From: Myxococcales bacterium
Lineage (GTDB): Bacteria; Myxococcota_A; UBA9042; JABWCM01; BTVJ01
Direction of reading: 5' to 3'
Assembly (NCBI GenBank): GCA_045863395.1
Contig: BTVJ01000015.1
Location: forward strand, 32,001 to 96,000
Length of the DNA: 64,000 nt
Shown here: piece by piece, positions 36,882-45,137 of the stretch
Layout of the letters: every line of letters starts with the position of its first letter
Position numbering within the stretch: position 1 is the first letter of the stretch
Position numbers and translations under genes: made by a program
The notes under the pieces: generated by a model
Told to the model about the DNA's origin: nothing
The model's input: the letters and a program-made list of their open reading frames with translations, nothing else
The model's database searches: none

Positions 36882-39692
36882 ATGAGCCACACCATCCTCG
36901 CCCTGGCCGCCCTCCTGGCCGCGTCTCCCCCCTGGGAGGGCCTCCTCCCCCGCCGAGCCATCGGCGCCGAGGAGCTCCAGCGGGCCCACCCGACCTGGGA
37001 TGGCCGCGGCGTCGTCATCGCGGTGCTCGACACCGGCGTGGACATGGGGGCCCCGGGCCTCCGGAGCCTCCCCGACGGCACGCCGAAGGTCGTCGGCGTG
37101 CGCGACGCCTCGGGCCAGGGGAAGGTGCGCCTCGGCAAGGCCCGCCTGGTCGAGCAGGAGGGGCTCCCCACCCTGCGGGCGGGCGACCGGTTCGTCCGCG
37201 GCGCGAGCGCCCTCCGCCCTCCCCCGCTGGACGGCACCCTGCGCCTCGGCGAGCTGCGCGAGGACGCCATGGCTGGGAGCAGCGTGGCGGACCTGAACGC
37301 CGACGGCGACAAGGACGACGTCTTCTCCATCGTCGTCTGGGAGGCCCAAGGATCGGCGGGCACGGAGCGTTGGGCCGTCATGGACACGGACGGGGACCGG
37401 GACGTGGCGGACGAGCCCCCCCTGCGCAGCTACGAGGTCTCACAGCAGGCGTTCACGCTCAAGGGCTACGACCCGAGCCGCCGGGCCGCCCCTCTCACCA
37501 TGGGCCTCTATCTGGCGCCAGGGCTCGACGAGGCGGAGGTCCACTTCGACGATGGCGGCCACGGCACCCACTGCGCGGGCATCGCCGCCGGCCACGCCAT
37601 CGACGGCAAGGAGGGCTACCACGGCATCGCGCCCGGCGCCCTCGTCCTGAGCATCAAGATCGGCGACAACGGCCTGTCCGGGGGCTCCACGACGACCGGC
37701 GCCAAGAAGCGTGCGATGCAGATCGCCGCGGACTGGGCGGAGGACCACGGCGTGCCCGTCGTGATCAACCTGAGCTACGGCATCGGCACGGAGACGGAAG
37801 GCGCCAGCGACATCGACCGCCTCGTCGACGACACCCTGGCGAAGCACCCCCTCTTGTTCATCTCCACGAGCAACGGCAACAACGGGCCCGGCATCTCGAC
37901 CGCGGGGCAGCCGTCGGGCTCGGCGGTGGCCTTCACCGCCGGCGCGGCGCTGGTGCGCGAGTCGGCCCGAGCCCTCTACGGCCTGAAGCTCGACCAGGAC
38001 CGGGTGTTCTGGTTCAGCTCCCGAGGGGGCGAGCTCAACAAGCCCGACGGTGTGCTGCCGGGCATCGCCGGCTCCGCGGTCCCCCCCTGGATGCAAGGGA
38101 ACGTCATGCGCGGCACCTCCATGGCGGCCCCACAGGCGGCGGGCGCCATGGCCGTGATCCTCTCCGCCATGGCCGAGAAGGGCGTCACCGTCCACCAGGG
38201 AATCGTGCGGCGGGCGCTCCGGTATGCCGGCCGCCCACTCCCTGGCTACACGGCACTGGACCAGGGCGGCGGCCTCGTGGACCTTCCCGCCGCCGTCGCG
38301 CTGGCGGAGCGCCTTGCACAGAGCGACGAGGCGCAGCGGGTCCTTGCGTGGCGCGCAAAGACCACCTGCCCCACCTGCGGGGGGGAGGGCCCTGGCGCCT
38401 ACTGGAGGGCAGGCGGCTTCGTGCCCCCGGAGCGGGAGCTCCTGACTGCGACGCTGACCCCGATCCTGTCGGCTCCCGAGGGAACGACCAAGGCACGGCG
38501 CCAGGAGCTGGTCGCGGCCTTCGACGTGACGAGCGACGTCCCGTGGCTCCAGGTGCGCTCCGGCACGGTCTACGCCCGGGGTGACGGCGCCGTCACGGTG
38601 CGCTACTCCCTGCGCCCCGACCGCCTGGAGGAGCCGGGCCTCCACGTCGGGCGGCTGCGGGGCGTCGCCGATGGGGCGCCTGCGCCGGCCTTCGAGCTGC
38701 TCGCCACCGTCGTCACTCCCCACGTCTTTGAGCGTGGAAATCAGTGGTCCAAGTCGTTCTCCGGGAGTCTCTCACCAGGCGAGCTGGATCGCACGTTCCT
38801 GCTCGTCCCTTCTGCCGCAAGCACGCTCTTTCTCGACTTGAAGCTCACGAAGGGTGCCAACGTGGTCGCCGCGCACGTCTACACTCCGGAGGGGCGGCTG
38901 CACACCAGCGACGACGCCACCGCCGCCAGGACGGGCCGTCTCTCCCTTCGCGTCGACCAGGCGGACCTGCGACCGGGCATCTGGGAGGTGGTGCTGGTGG
39001 CCCCGGAGCGCAACCCGGAGGCGATCTCCTGGGCGCTCGACGCGCGCTTCACCGGCCTCCAGGCGGACCCGGTGCGCATCTTCACGGTCCCGCAAGGGGC
39101 CCCGCCCGAGGCGATGGCCGAGGTGACCAACCGCCTCCCCCGCCCCTTCCGGGGGCACGCCACGGGCGTGATCCGCGGCGTCTCCCGCAAGCAGCTCCAC
39201 GACGCCGCGGGCGACACGCTCGAGCTGCCGCTGCGCCTGGACGCCGAGACGGCGGGCGTGGAGCTCGACCTGACCCTCGAGAGGGAGGAGTACGCCCGCT
39301 TCACGGACGTGGCGATCGCCATCAAGGACAGCGGTGGCAACCCGGTGGTCAAGGGCGGCTTCTCCCAGGCCCACACCAAGGTCGTCGCCAACCTGCCCCC
39401 CGGCACCTACACCCTTGTAATCCAGGCGGCGGGCACCGAGGACGCCGTGGAGACCTGGTCCGTAGACATCGAGGAGCTCTACCTCCACCGCCAGCCCCTC
39501 CCGGTGACCGCGGAGCTGGACGGCTCGACTACGTTCACCCTGTGGCCGGACGTCCCGGCGACCCTGGACCTGACCCTGTCCCGCACCCCGGTCCAGGCAC
39601 CCGACGGCATGGTCCACCACGGCGCGCTGGAGCTTGTCAGCGACGAGGACGAGAAGACATGGCTGAGCATCCCCCTGCGGCTGTCCCCCTGA
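36882..39692 (+). CDS. S8 subtilase, tripeptidyl-peptidase II-like, with signal peptide
   Basis: Triad motifs VLDTGVD, HGTHCAG, GTSMAAP, plus oxyanion GNNGP. TPPII-like segments GLLP..DGRGVVIAVLDTGVD.GAPGL...DG.PK, SIKIGD and SSRG, with a long insert between Asp and His. Confidence 0.88.
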   Translation: MSHTILALAALLAASPPWEGLLPRRAIGAEELQRAHPTWDGRGVVIAVLDTGVDMGAPGLRSLPDGTPKVVGVRDASGQGKVRLGKARLVEQEGLPTLRAGDRFVRGASALRPPPLDGTLRLGELREDAMAGSSVADLNADGDKDDVFSIVVWEAQGSAGTERWAVMDTDGDRDVADEPPLRSYEVSQQAFTLKGYDPSRRAAPLTMGLYLAPGLDEAEVHFDDGGHGTHCAGIAAGHAIDGKEGYHGIAPGALVLSIKIGDNGLSGGSTTTGAKKRAMQIAADWAEDHGVPVVINLSYGIGTETEGASDIDRLVDDTLAKHPLLFISTSNGNNGPGISTAGQPSGSAVAFTAGAALVRESARALYGLKLDQDRVFWFSSRGGELNKPDGVLPGIAGSAVPPWMQGNVMRGTSMAAPQAAGAMAVILSAMAEKGVTVHQGIVRRALRYAGRPLPGYTALDQGGGLVDLPAAVALAERLAQSDEAQRVLAWRAKTTCPTCGGEGPGAYWRAGGFVPPERELLTATLTPILSAPEGTTKARRQELVAAFDVTSDVPWLQVRSGTVYARGDGAVTVRYSLRPDRLEEPGLHVGRLRGVADGAPAPAFELLATVVTPHVFERGNQWSKSFSGSLSPGELDRTFLLVPSAASTLFLDLKLTKGANVVAAHVYTPEGRLHTSDDATAARTGRLSLRVDQADLRPGIWEVVLVAPERNPEAISWALDARFTGLQADPVRIFTVPQGAPPEAMAEVTNRLPRPFRGHATGVIRGVSRKQLHDAAGDTLELPLRLDAETAGVELDLTLEREEYARFTDVAIAIKDSGGNPVVKGGFSQAHTKVVANLPPGTYTLVIQAAGTEDAVETWSVDIEELYLHRQPLPVTAELDGSTTFTLWPDVPATLDLTLSRTPVQAPDGMVHHGALELVSDEDEKTWLSIPLRLSP

Positions 39693-40171
39693 GCGACCGC
39701 ATCGTCCTGCCAGACGCCATCCACGAGTCGGAGGCGAAGCTCCCCGGCCTGGCCCTTGGCATCGACATCCCCTGGCGCGACACGGGCGACGGCTACGTGA
39801 CGGGCCTGTACGAAGCGCTCCCACAGCACGCGGGCTGGGACGGGGTCGTCCACGGCGGCGTCACGGCCTACCTGGTGGACGAGGCCCTCGCCTTCGTAGC
39901 CGCGGGACAGCGAGGCATGGTCGGCATGACCGTGCGCCTGGAGCTCCGCTACCTTCGCCCCCTGCTGGTCGGCCAGACCTACGTGGCCCGTGGCCGCGTG
40001 ACGGACCGTCGGGAGGGCCTCGCGTCGATCATCGAGGTGTCCGTCAGCGACGCGCAGGGCCCCTGCCTGACCGCGGAGGGCGTCTACCGCATGGCGCGCG
40101 CCGCCGCGGTGCGACGCCTGATCGCCCTCGCGCGGCGAGCCCCAGGGGACTCCGGCCCGACACCGGCGTGA
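39659..40171 (+). CDS. PaaI family hotdog thioesterase
   Basis: HAGWDGVVHGG..LVDE, TVRLELRYLRP. Start uncertain; overlaps the subtilase end. Confidence 0.8.
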   Translation: MAEHPPAAVPLSDRIVLPDAIHESEAKLPGLALGIDIPWRDTGDGYVTGLYEALPQHAGWDGVVHGGVTAYLVDEALAFVAAGQRGMVGMTVRLELRYLRPLLVGQTYVARGRVTDRREGLASIIEVSVSDAQGPCLTAEGVYRMARAAAVRRLIALARRAPGDSGPTPA

Positions 40172-40201
40172 CCGCAGCGCCACGACGGCTCACCTGGGCG
40201 G

Positions 40202-40231
40202 TTGACAGCGCTTCGCCACCGACACTATGAG
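40202..40231 (+). promoter_or_regulatory. Possible sigma70-type promoter
   Basis: Consensus TTGACA followed after 18 nt by TATGAG, upstream of the GGAGG RBS and ATG 40272. Confidence 0.4.
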
Positions 40232-40271
40232 TAGCCCTCGGAGCAGCAGTCCCACAGCCCGCGGAGGTCCC

Positions 40272-42194
40272 ATGAACCCAAGACGCCTGCTCGCGTTCGC
40301 ACTGGTGGCGGCCCTGGCCAGCCCTGCGGCCGCGGCCCCCAAGAAGCCCGCCAAGGCGGTCAAGGCCGCGCCGGTCTCGACTCTGGACCCCGCGGTGGCC
40401 CAGTCCCTCTGGGCGACGCTGGACAAGGCGACCCGCAGCGGCGACATCCTCGCCCGGGGCGACGCCTTCTACGGCCTGGCGCTCCTGAACCTCGAGGGCA
40501 AGGACCCCTCCGAGGTCCTCGTCGACGCCCTGAAGGACCCCCAAGGGAAGGTGCGGCTCGGGGCCGCCAAGGGCCTGCTCGCCATCGGCAACCCCGCGTG
40601 GCGCGAGCCCATGATCCGCGCGCTCGGCGACTCCATGGTCAGCCTGGAGGACGAGGTGCTCCCCGCCCTCGCGCCGCTCCCGCTGGCCGACCAGGCGGGG
40701 CTCGTCGTGGAGGCTCTGTCCGGCAAGCTCGTGACGAACAAGATGCGCGTCGCCCAGGGTCTGATCCGCAAGGGCGGCCCCCTGCTGACCGAGACCGTGC
40801 GCCAGGCCGTCGCCAAGGGGGGCGACGCAGCGGCGGTCATCAAGCAGAACATCGCCACCCTTTCCCCGGAGCAGGCCCTGCTGGTGTTCCCGCTCATTCT
40901 TGCCTCGGCCGACCCGGAGCTGAAGGGCATCATCATCGCCAACGTACCGCGGCTACCCGCCGGCGTGGAGCTGCCCTGGCTCGCCCCGCTGCTGAAGGAC
41001 CCCGACAAGGAGGTCGCCCGCAAGGCGGCGCTGGTCCTCGGCGCCCAGGGCAACCATGAGGCGGTCTCCATCCTGCTGCCCATCGCCAACGCAGAGACGG
41101 GACCAGCTCAGCTCTCGGCGCTGCGGGCCATCGCGGCGTCGGCCCAGCTCTCGGACCTGCCGAAGCTCGATGCCTTCCTGGACCCGGTCAACAACGTGCC
41201 GTCCACCGTGGTCGCCGAGGTCTTCGGCGCCTACGCCCACGCCGGCGCCCGCACGCAGCTCGAGCCCCACGTCCGTGCGGCGCTCCGCTCCACGGATGGC
41301 CCGCTCCGCGCTGCGGGGGTCCGGTGGCTGGGCTTCATCGACGGGACGGCGGCGCTGCCCCGCCTCGCGGAGTACCTGACGGACGGCAACGCGGACGTCC
41401 GCCGTAACGCGGCGAGCGCCGTCGGCGACCTGAAGACGGCGGAGGGCCTCCCGCTCCTGGAGCGCGGACTGCGTGAGACGGACGACGCGGCCCGCCTGGC
41501 CATCGTGGTGGCGCTCGCCCAGATCCCCGACAACCGCGTGGTGGACGTCGTCCAGTTCCTGGTGAGCGACTCCAACCGCGACATCAAGCTGGCCGCCGTC
41601 GCCACCCTGGAGCGCTTCAAGAGCATCAACGCGACCGACACGCTGCGCGTCGCGATCATGGACTCCGACGCGGACGTGCGGAAGGCGGCGCTCAAGGCGA
41701 TCATCGTGACGGACATGACCCAGGGGCGGGCTGCCTTCAGCCAGGCCCGCGGCTGGCTCCAGCTGGGGGACCTGACCGCCATGACCCGTCAGCTCGGCAA
41801 GGACTTCGCCCCCTACCTGGAGCTGGCGCTGGACGCCGAGACGTCCACGCTGCGCGCCGAGGCCCTGGACGCCCTCACGCTGCTCGGCCCCGAGGTCGCC
41901 GGGGCGCTCCTGGACACGGTCGTCGAGAAGACCCGCTTCCCCGAGCTCAAGCTGGCGGCGCTGGCGAAGCTCGTACCTCTGCGGGGCGAGGCGGTGGTGA
42001 GCAAGCTGGCGGCCATCGCGAGCACCCAGGACTCGCCCACCGAGCTGCGGATCCGCGCGCTCCAGCTCATCGGCGAGACGGGCTCCAAGGCCGCGAAGGA
42101 GACCCTCGACGCCGCCCTGAACGACCCGAGCGAGCAGGCCCGCGTGGCGGCCGCCCTGGCGATCATCCAGATCCACCGCGTCCAGCCGAGCTGA
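40272..42194 (+). CDS. Exported HEAT-repeat protein
   Basis: GGAGG RBS, signal peptide, many LxD.D..VR..A..AL repeats. Confidence 0.85.
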   Translation: MNPRRLLAFALVAALASPAAAAPKKPAKAVKAAPVSTLDPAVAQSLWATLDKATRSGDILARGDAFYGLALLNLEGKDPSEVLVDALKDPQGKVRLGAAKGLLAIGNPAWREPMIRALGDSMVSLEDEVLPALAPLPLADQAGLVVEALSGKLVTNKMRVAQGLIRKGGPLLTETVRQAVAKGGDAAAVIKQNIATLSPEQALLVFPLILASADPELKGIIIANVPRLPAGVELPWLAPLLKDPDKEVARKAALVLGAQGNHEAVSILLPIANAETGPAQLSALRAIAASAQLSDLPKLDAFLDPVNNVPSTVVAEVFGAYAHAGARTQLEPHVRAALRSTDGPLRAAGVRWLGFIDGTAALPRLAEYLTDGNADVRRNAASAVGDLKTAEGLPLLERGLRETDDAARLAIVVALAQIPDNRVVDVVQFLVSDSNRDIKLAAVATLERFKSINATDTLRVAIMDSDADVRKAALKAIIVTDMTQGRAAFSQARGWLQLGDLTAMTRQLGKDFAPYLELALDAETSTLRAEALDALTLLGPEVAGALLDTVVEKTRFPELKLAALAKLVPLRGEAVVSKLAAIASTQDSPTELRIRALQLIGETGSKAAKETLDAALNDPSEQARVAAALAIIQIHRVQPS

Positions 42195-42237
42195 CCCACC
42201 CGTAGAGGCGCGGCGCGGAGACCCCGGGTGCGCCCGG

Positions 42238-43023
42238 CTAGTTCCGGGCGCCCCGCAAGGCCACGACCGCGTCGTGGTGCAGGTAGCCGGGGCCGCCGGC
42301 CGTGATCGCCTCCAGAGCGTCCCGAGCCGAGGGCACGGGGCTCTGACCGAGCGCACGAACCGCCGCGATGCGGACGGCGGCAGCGTCGTCGCGCTCCGCC
42401 AGCGCCCGCAGGAGGTGGACCGCCTCCTCCGTACCAGCCGGCCCCAGGGACCGGGCGAGCTCCGCGCGCACGGGCTCCGAGGGATCCTCCGCGAGGGGCG
42501 CGAGGTCCGCGACGACGTCCCCGTGACCGAGCGAGGCCAGCCCGAGCAGCGCGCGGTAGCGCACCGGCGCCTCCGCGTCGCCGCTCGCCGTCCGCAGCAG
42601 CTCCACGGCGCGCTCCCCGCCCAGCCGCGCGGAAAACGCGACGGCGCGGGACCGGACCAGCGCCGCCCGCGTCGGCGCCAGCGCGATGGCGCCGAGCTTC
42701 GCCAGCAGGTCGTCCCGCGCCGCCTGGTCCCCCTCGACCCGAGCGAGCAGGCGGTCACCGAGCTGCTGCTGGAGCCACAGGGCGTCCGCGTCGACGAGCC
42801 CCGTGCAGATCCCCCGGTAGCAGGCCCCGCCGCTGCACGACTCCTCCTGTCGGCACGACCGCAGCTCGCCAACCAGGATGGCGTCCACCGACCCGGTCAT
42901 CGTCGGTCCTGGCGCGCCGTCGGGCGGCGCGCCCCCCCCGCACGCGGCCACCGTGAGCCCCAAGACGGTTACAATCAATCGACGGGCGCGAGGCGCGGGC
43001 GAGACAGACGACATGGTGCGCAT
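42238..43023 (-). CDS. HEAT-repeat lipoprotein with small Cys-rich domain
   Basis: Lipobox VAAC, CRQEESCSGGACYRGIC, then HEAT repeats (D..PVRYRAL, DPSEPVRAELA). Start uncertain. Confidence 0.7.
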   Translation of the reverse strand: MRTMSSVSPAPRARRLIVTVLGLTVAACGGGAPPDGAPGPTMTGSVDAILVGELRSCRQEESCSGGACYRGICTGLVDADALWLQQQLGDRLLARVEGDQAARDDLLAKLGAIALAPTRAALVRSRAVAFSARLGGERAVELLRTASGDAEAPVRYRALLGLASLGHGDVVADLAPLAEDPSEPVRAELARSLGPAGTEEAVHLLRALAERDDAAAVRIAAVRALGQSPVPSARDALEAITAGGPGYLHHDAVVALRGARN

Positions 43024-43272
43024 GAAGCAGCTCCAACGGCTTGAGCAGACACCGCGCGGCCGCGCCGCGAGCGACGGAGACACATACCCGCACCCGAGGC
43101 GCCTCCACAAGGCAGAAATTGTGATCAAGCGAGCCTCCACGACATACGATAGGATACGGGCATGGCCCGTGCGGAGTGGGTGCACGGGGCGCGCATCGTC
43201 GTGGCGGCGACGAGCAGGCTGGCCAGAGAGGCTCCCCAACGAACCAGGGGGCAGCCAGCCGGGAGCGATGAG

Positions 43273-44472
43273 ATGCAGTGCTCCTTCCACATCGACCGAG
43301 GCTCCACCGAGTTCTGCCTCGGGTGCGAGGCCCCCCTCTGCGAGGGCTGCGCCTACCGCCATCGTAACACCACCCTCTGCGTCCACTGCTATGCCCCGCG
43401 CCTGCGCCGCGCCGAAAGGGTCCGGCTCATCGCGTGGTCCGCTGGCCTGCTCGCGGTGGTGGCCGGTGCCTGGGCCTTCTACTCGTCGAGCGCGGAGCAG
43501 AACCGCCTCCGCAAGCGGTATGGGGCCTACGCCGAGGAGATCATCCGGCTGCGCCACATCTGGCAGGATGACCGCTGCAACGTCCCCGCAGGCCAGCAGC
43601 TCGCCGACCTCCTGGTCGCGGCCTCCAATGCGCCTGAGGCTCTCCGCGTCGCGCAGACCATGGCGGACGAGTGCCCGTCCTCCACGGATCCTCTGGTCAA
43701 GCTGTTCTTCATCCAGCGCCGTCTCCTCGACCTGGCCGGCGCCACGCGCACGGCGGACCGCCTGATCGCGCTCGCGCCGTTCAAGCCCGAGGGCTACGCT
43801 TTCCGGGCCATCGCGCGCGACGCGGCGGGGGAGTTCCAGGCGGCCGCGCACGACTTCCGTCAGGCGCTCCGCCTGGCGCCCCGCCTCCTGGACGTCCCGG
43901 TCAACCTGGCGAACGTCCTGGAGAAGATGGGGCGGTACTGCGAGGCGGCAGACCCGCTGGAGCAGGCGCTCGGCTACTACCCGGGCCTCGAGAACCGCTA
44001 CGAGATCGAGCGCCGCATCGACCGGCTGCGCCAGCAGGGGGCCTGCGAGAGGGCATCGCTGAAGGACGCGGTGGTGGCCGTCTCCTTCGACCGGCGGGAG
44101 GAGGTCATCATCGTCGACGCCCGCGTGAACTCGGCCCACACGGGGCGCTTCATCGTGGACACGGGGGCCTCCAGCGTCGTGATCACGCAGGACCTCGCAG
44201 AGAAGGTGGGCGTCAGCGACGTACTGCGTTCGAGCCCCGTGTTCGTCCAGACGGCGGGCGGCGTGGTCAACGCGTTCCCGGCGCGGCTGGAGTCCGTCGA
44301 CGTGCATGGGGCCACCGTCTCGGATCTTCCCGTGCTGGTCTGCGAGACCATGGGAGACGACGTGGACGGCCTCCTGGGAATCAACTTCCTGAGCCGCTTC
44401 AACGTGTCCATCGATCACGAGCTGGGCCAGCTCACCTTTCAGCCCAAGCAGGCGAGACAGCGCGGCAACTAG
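43273..44472 (+). CDS. B-box-like Zn finger + TM + TPR + retropepsin-like aspartyl protease (TIGR02281-like)
   Basis: GGAG RBS, CSFH..CLGC..CEGC..CVHC, one TM helix, TPR helices, FIVDTGAS, VQTAGG, DGLLGINFL. Confidence 0.85.
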   Translation: MQCSFHIDRGSTEFCLGCEAPLCEGCAYRHRNTTLCVHCYAPRLRRAERVRLIAWSAGLLAVVAGAWAFYSSSAEQNRLRKRYGAYAEEIIRLRHIWQDDRCNVPAGQQLADLLVAASNAPEALRVAQTMADECPSSTDPLVKLFFIQRRLLDLAGATRTADRLIALAPFKPEGYAFRAIARDAAGEFQAAAHDFRQALRLAPRLLDVPVNLANVLEKMGRYCEAADPLEQALGYYPGLENRYEIERRIDRLRQQGACERASLKDAVVAVSFDRREEVIIVDARVNSAHTGRFIVDTGASSVVITQDLAEKVGVSDVLRSSPVFVQTAGGVVNAFPARLESVDVHGATVSDLPVLVCETMGDDVDGLLGINFLSRFNVSIDHELGQLTFQPKQARQRGN

Positions 44473-44486
44473 CGCTGGTTCAGGGT

Positions 44487-45062
44487 CTACTTCGGGTCCC
44501 CACCGACTCCGTCGACGACGAGCAGATCTGCCAAGCACCCCCTCTCGCGCAGAGGGTCACGGGCGCGGAGCAGTCGACTGCGGAGCAGCGTGCACCCGTC
44601 GGTCTCCTCGCCGAGCTGGGCGCAGCGCAGAGCGACCAGCGCGGCGCACGGGGTCATGCGGGCCGGGACGAGCTCCGACGTCGAGTGGCGACTCATTGCG
44701 TCTGCGCACCGGTCGCGGCCCCGGTCGGGGGCGAGGCGGCGTACCCGAGCGCGGAGCTCCAGGCACTCCTGGGCCCCCTCGGGATACAGGGAGCAGGCGG
44801 TCGCCACGAGGTCCTGGCAGGGGTCCGGCCGCTCGGGGGCGGCCGCAGGCGGCGCGCTCGGCACGAGCGGCCGCCGGGGCATGCGAACTGCGAGGACGGC
44901 CTCGGCGGGTCGCCGGGGCAGCGAACGGACCTCGGGCGCCTGCGGGGGCTTGTCTCCTGCTCGGGAGCAGGCCCCCTCGGCGCCGAGCGCGAGGGCGAGG
45001 AGTACCAGCAGTGGGAGGCGTGGGCGCACAGCGACCCAGGATAGCACGGCGCGGCGGGCCAT
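44487..45062 (-). CDS. Hypothetical exported Cys-rich helical protein
   Basis: Signal/lipobox-like N-terminus and two similar units (PCQDLVATAC..ECLELR..RC and PCAALVALRC..GCTLLR..GC). Confidence 0.55.
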   Translation of the reverse strand: MARRAVLSWVAVRPRLPLLVLLALALGAEGACSRAGDKPPQAPEVRSLPRRPAEAVLAVRMPRRPLVPSAPPAAAPERPDPCQDLVATACSLYPEGAQECLELRARVRRLAPDRGRDRCADAMSRHSTSELVPARMTPCAALVALRCAQLGEETDGCTLLRSRLLRARDPLRERGCLADLLVVDGVGGDPK

Positions 45063-45102
45063 AGGGCCGCGTGGTTGCGGTTCGACGGTTTCGGCAGCAA
45101 CG

Positions 45103-45131
45103 TTGACGGCGAGAGTGTCCGACCTTAGCCT
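45103..45131 (+). promoter_or_regulatory. Sigma70-type promoter, probably leaderless, of the diguanylate cyclase
   Basis: TTGACG-N17-TAGCCT. ATG 45138 begins 7 nt after the -10 element and has no SD. Confidence 0.55.
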
Positions 45132-45137
45132 CGGCCC

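Noticed and set aside
42238..44538. Long N-terminal extensions in ORF-track calls (766-aa, 802-aa, 712-aa, 872-aa versions of the HEAT, hypothetical, htrA and sdhA genes)
   Set aside because: The extensions overlap well-supported genes. Internal starts with an RBS or signal peptide explain the real proteins.
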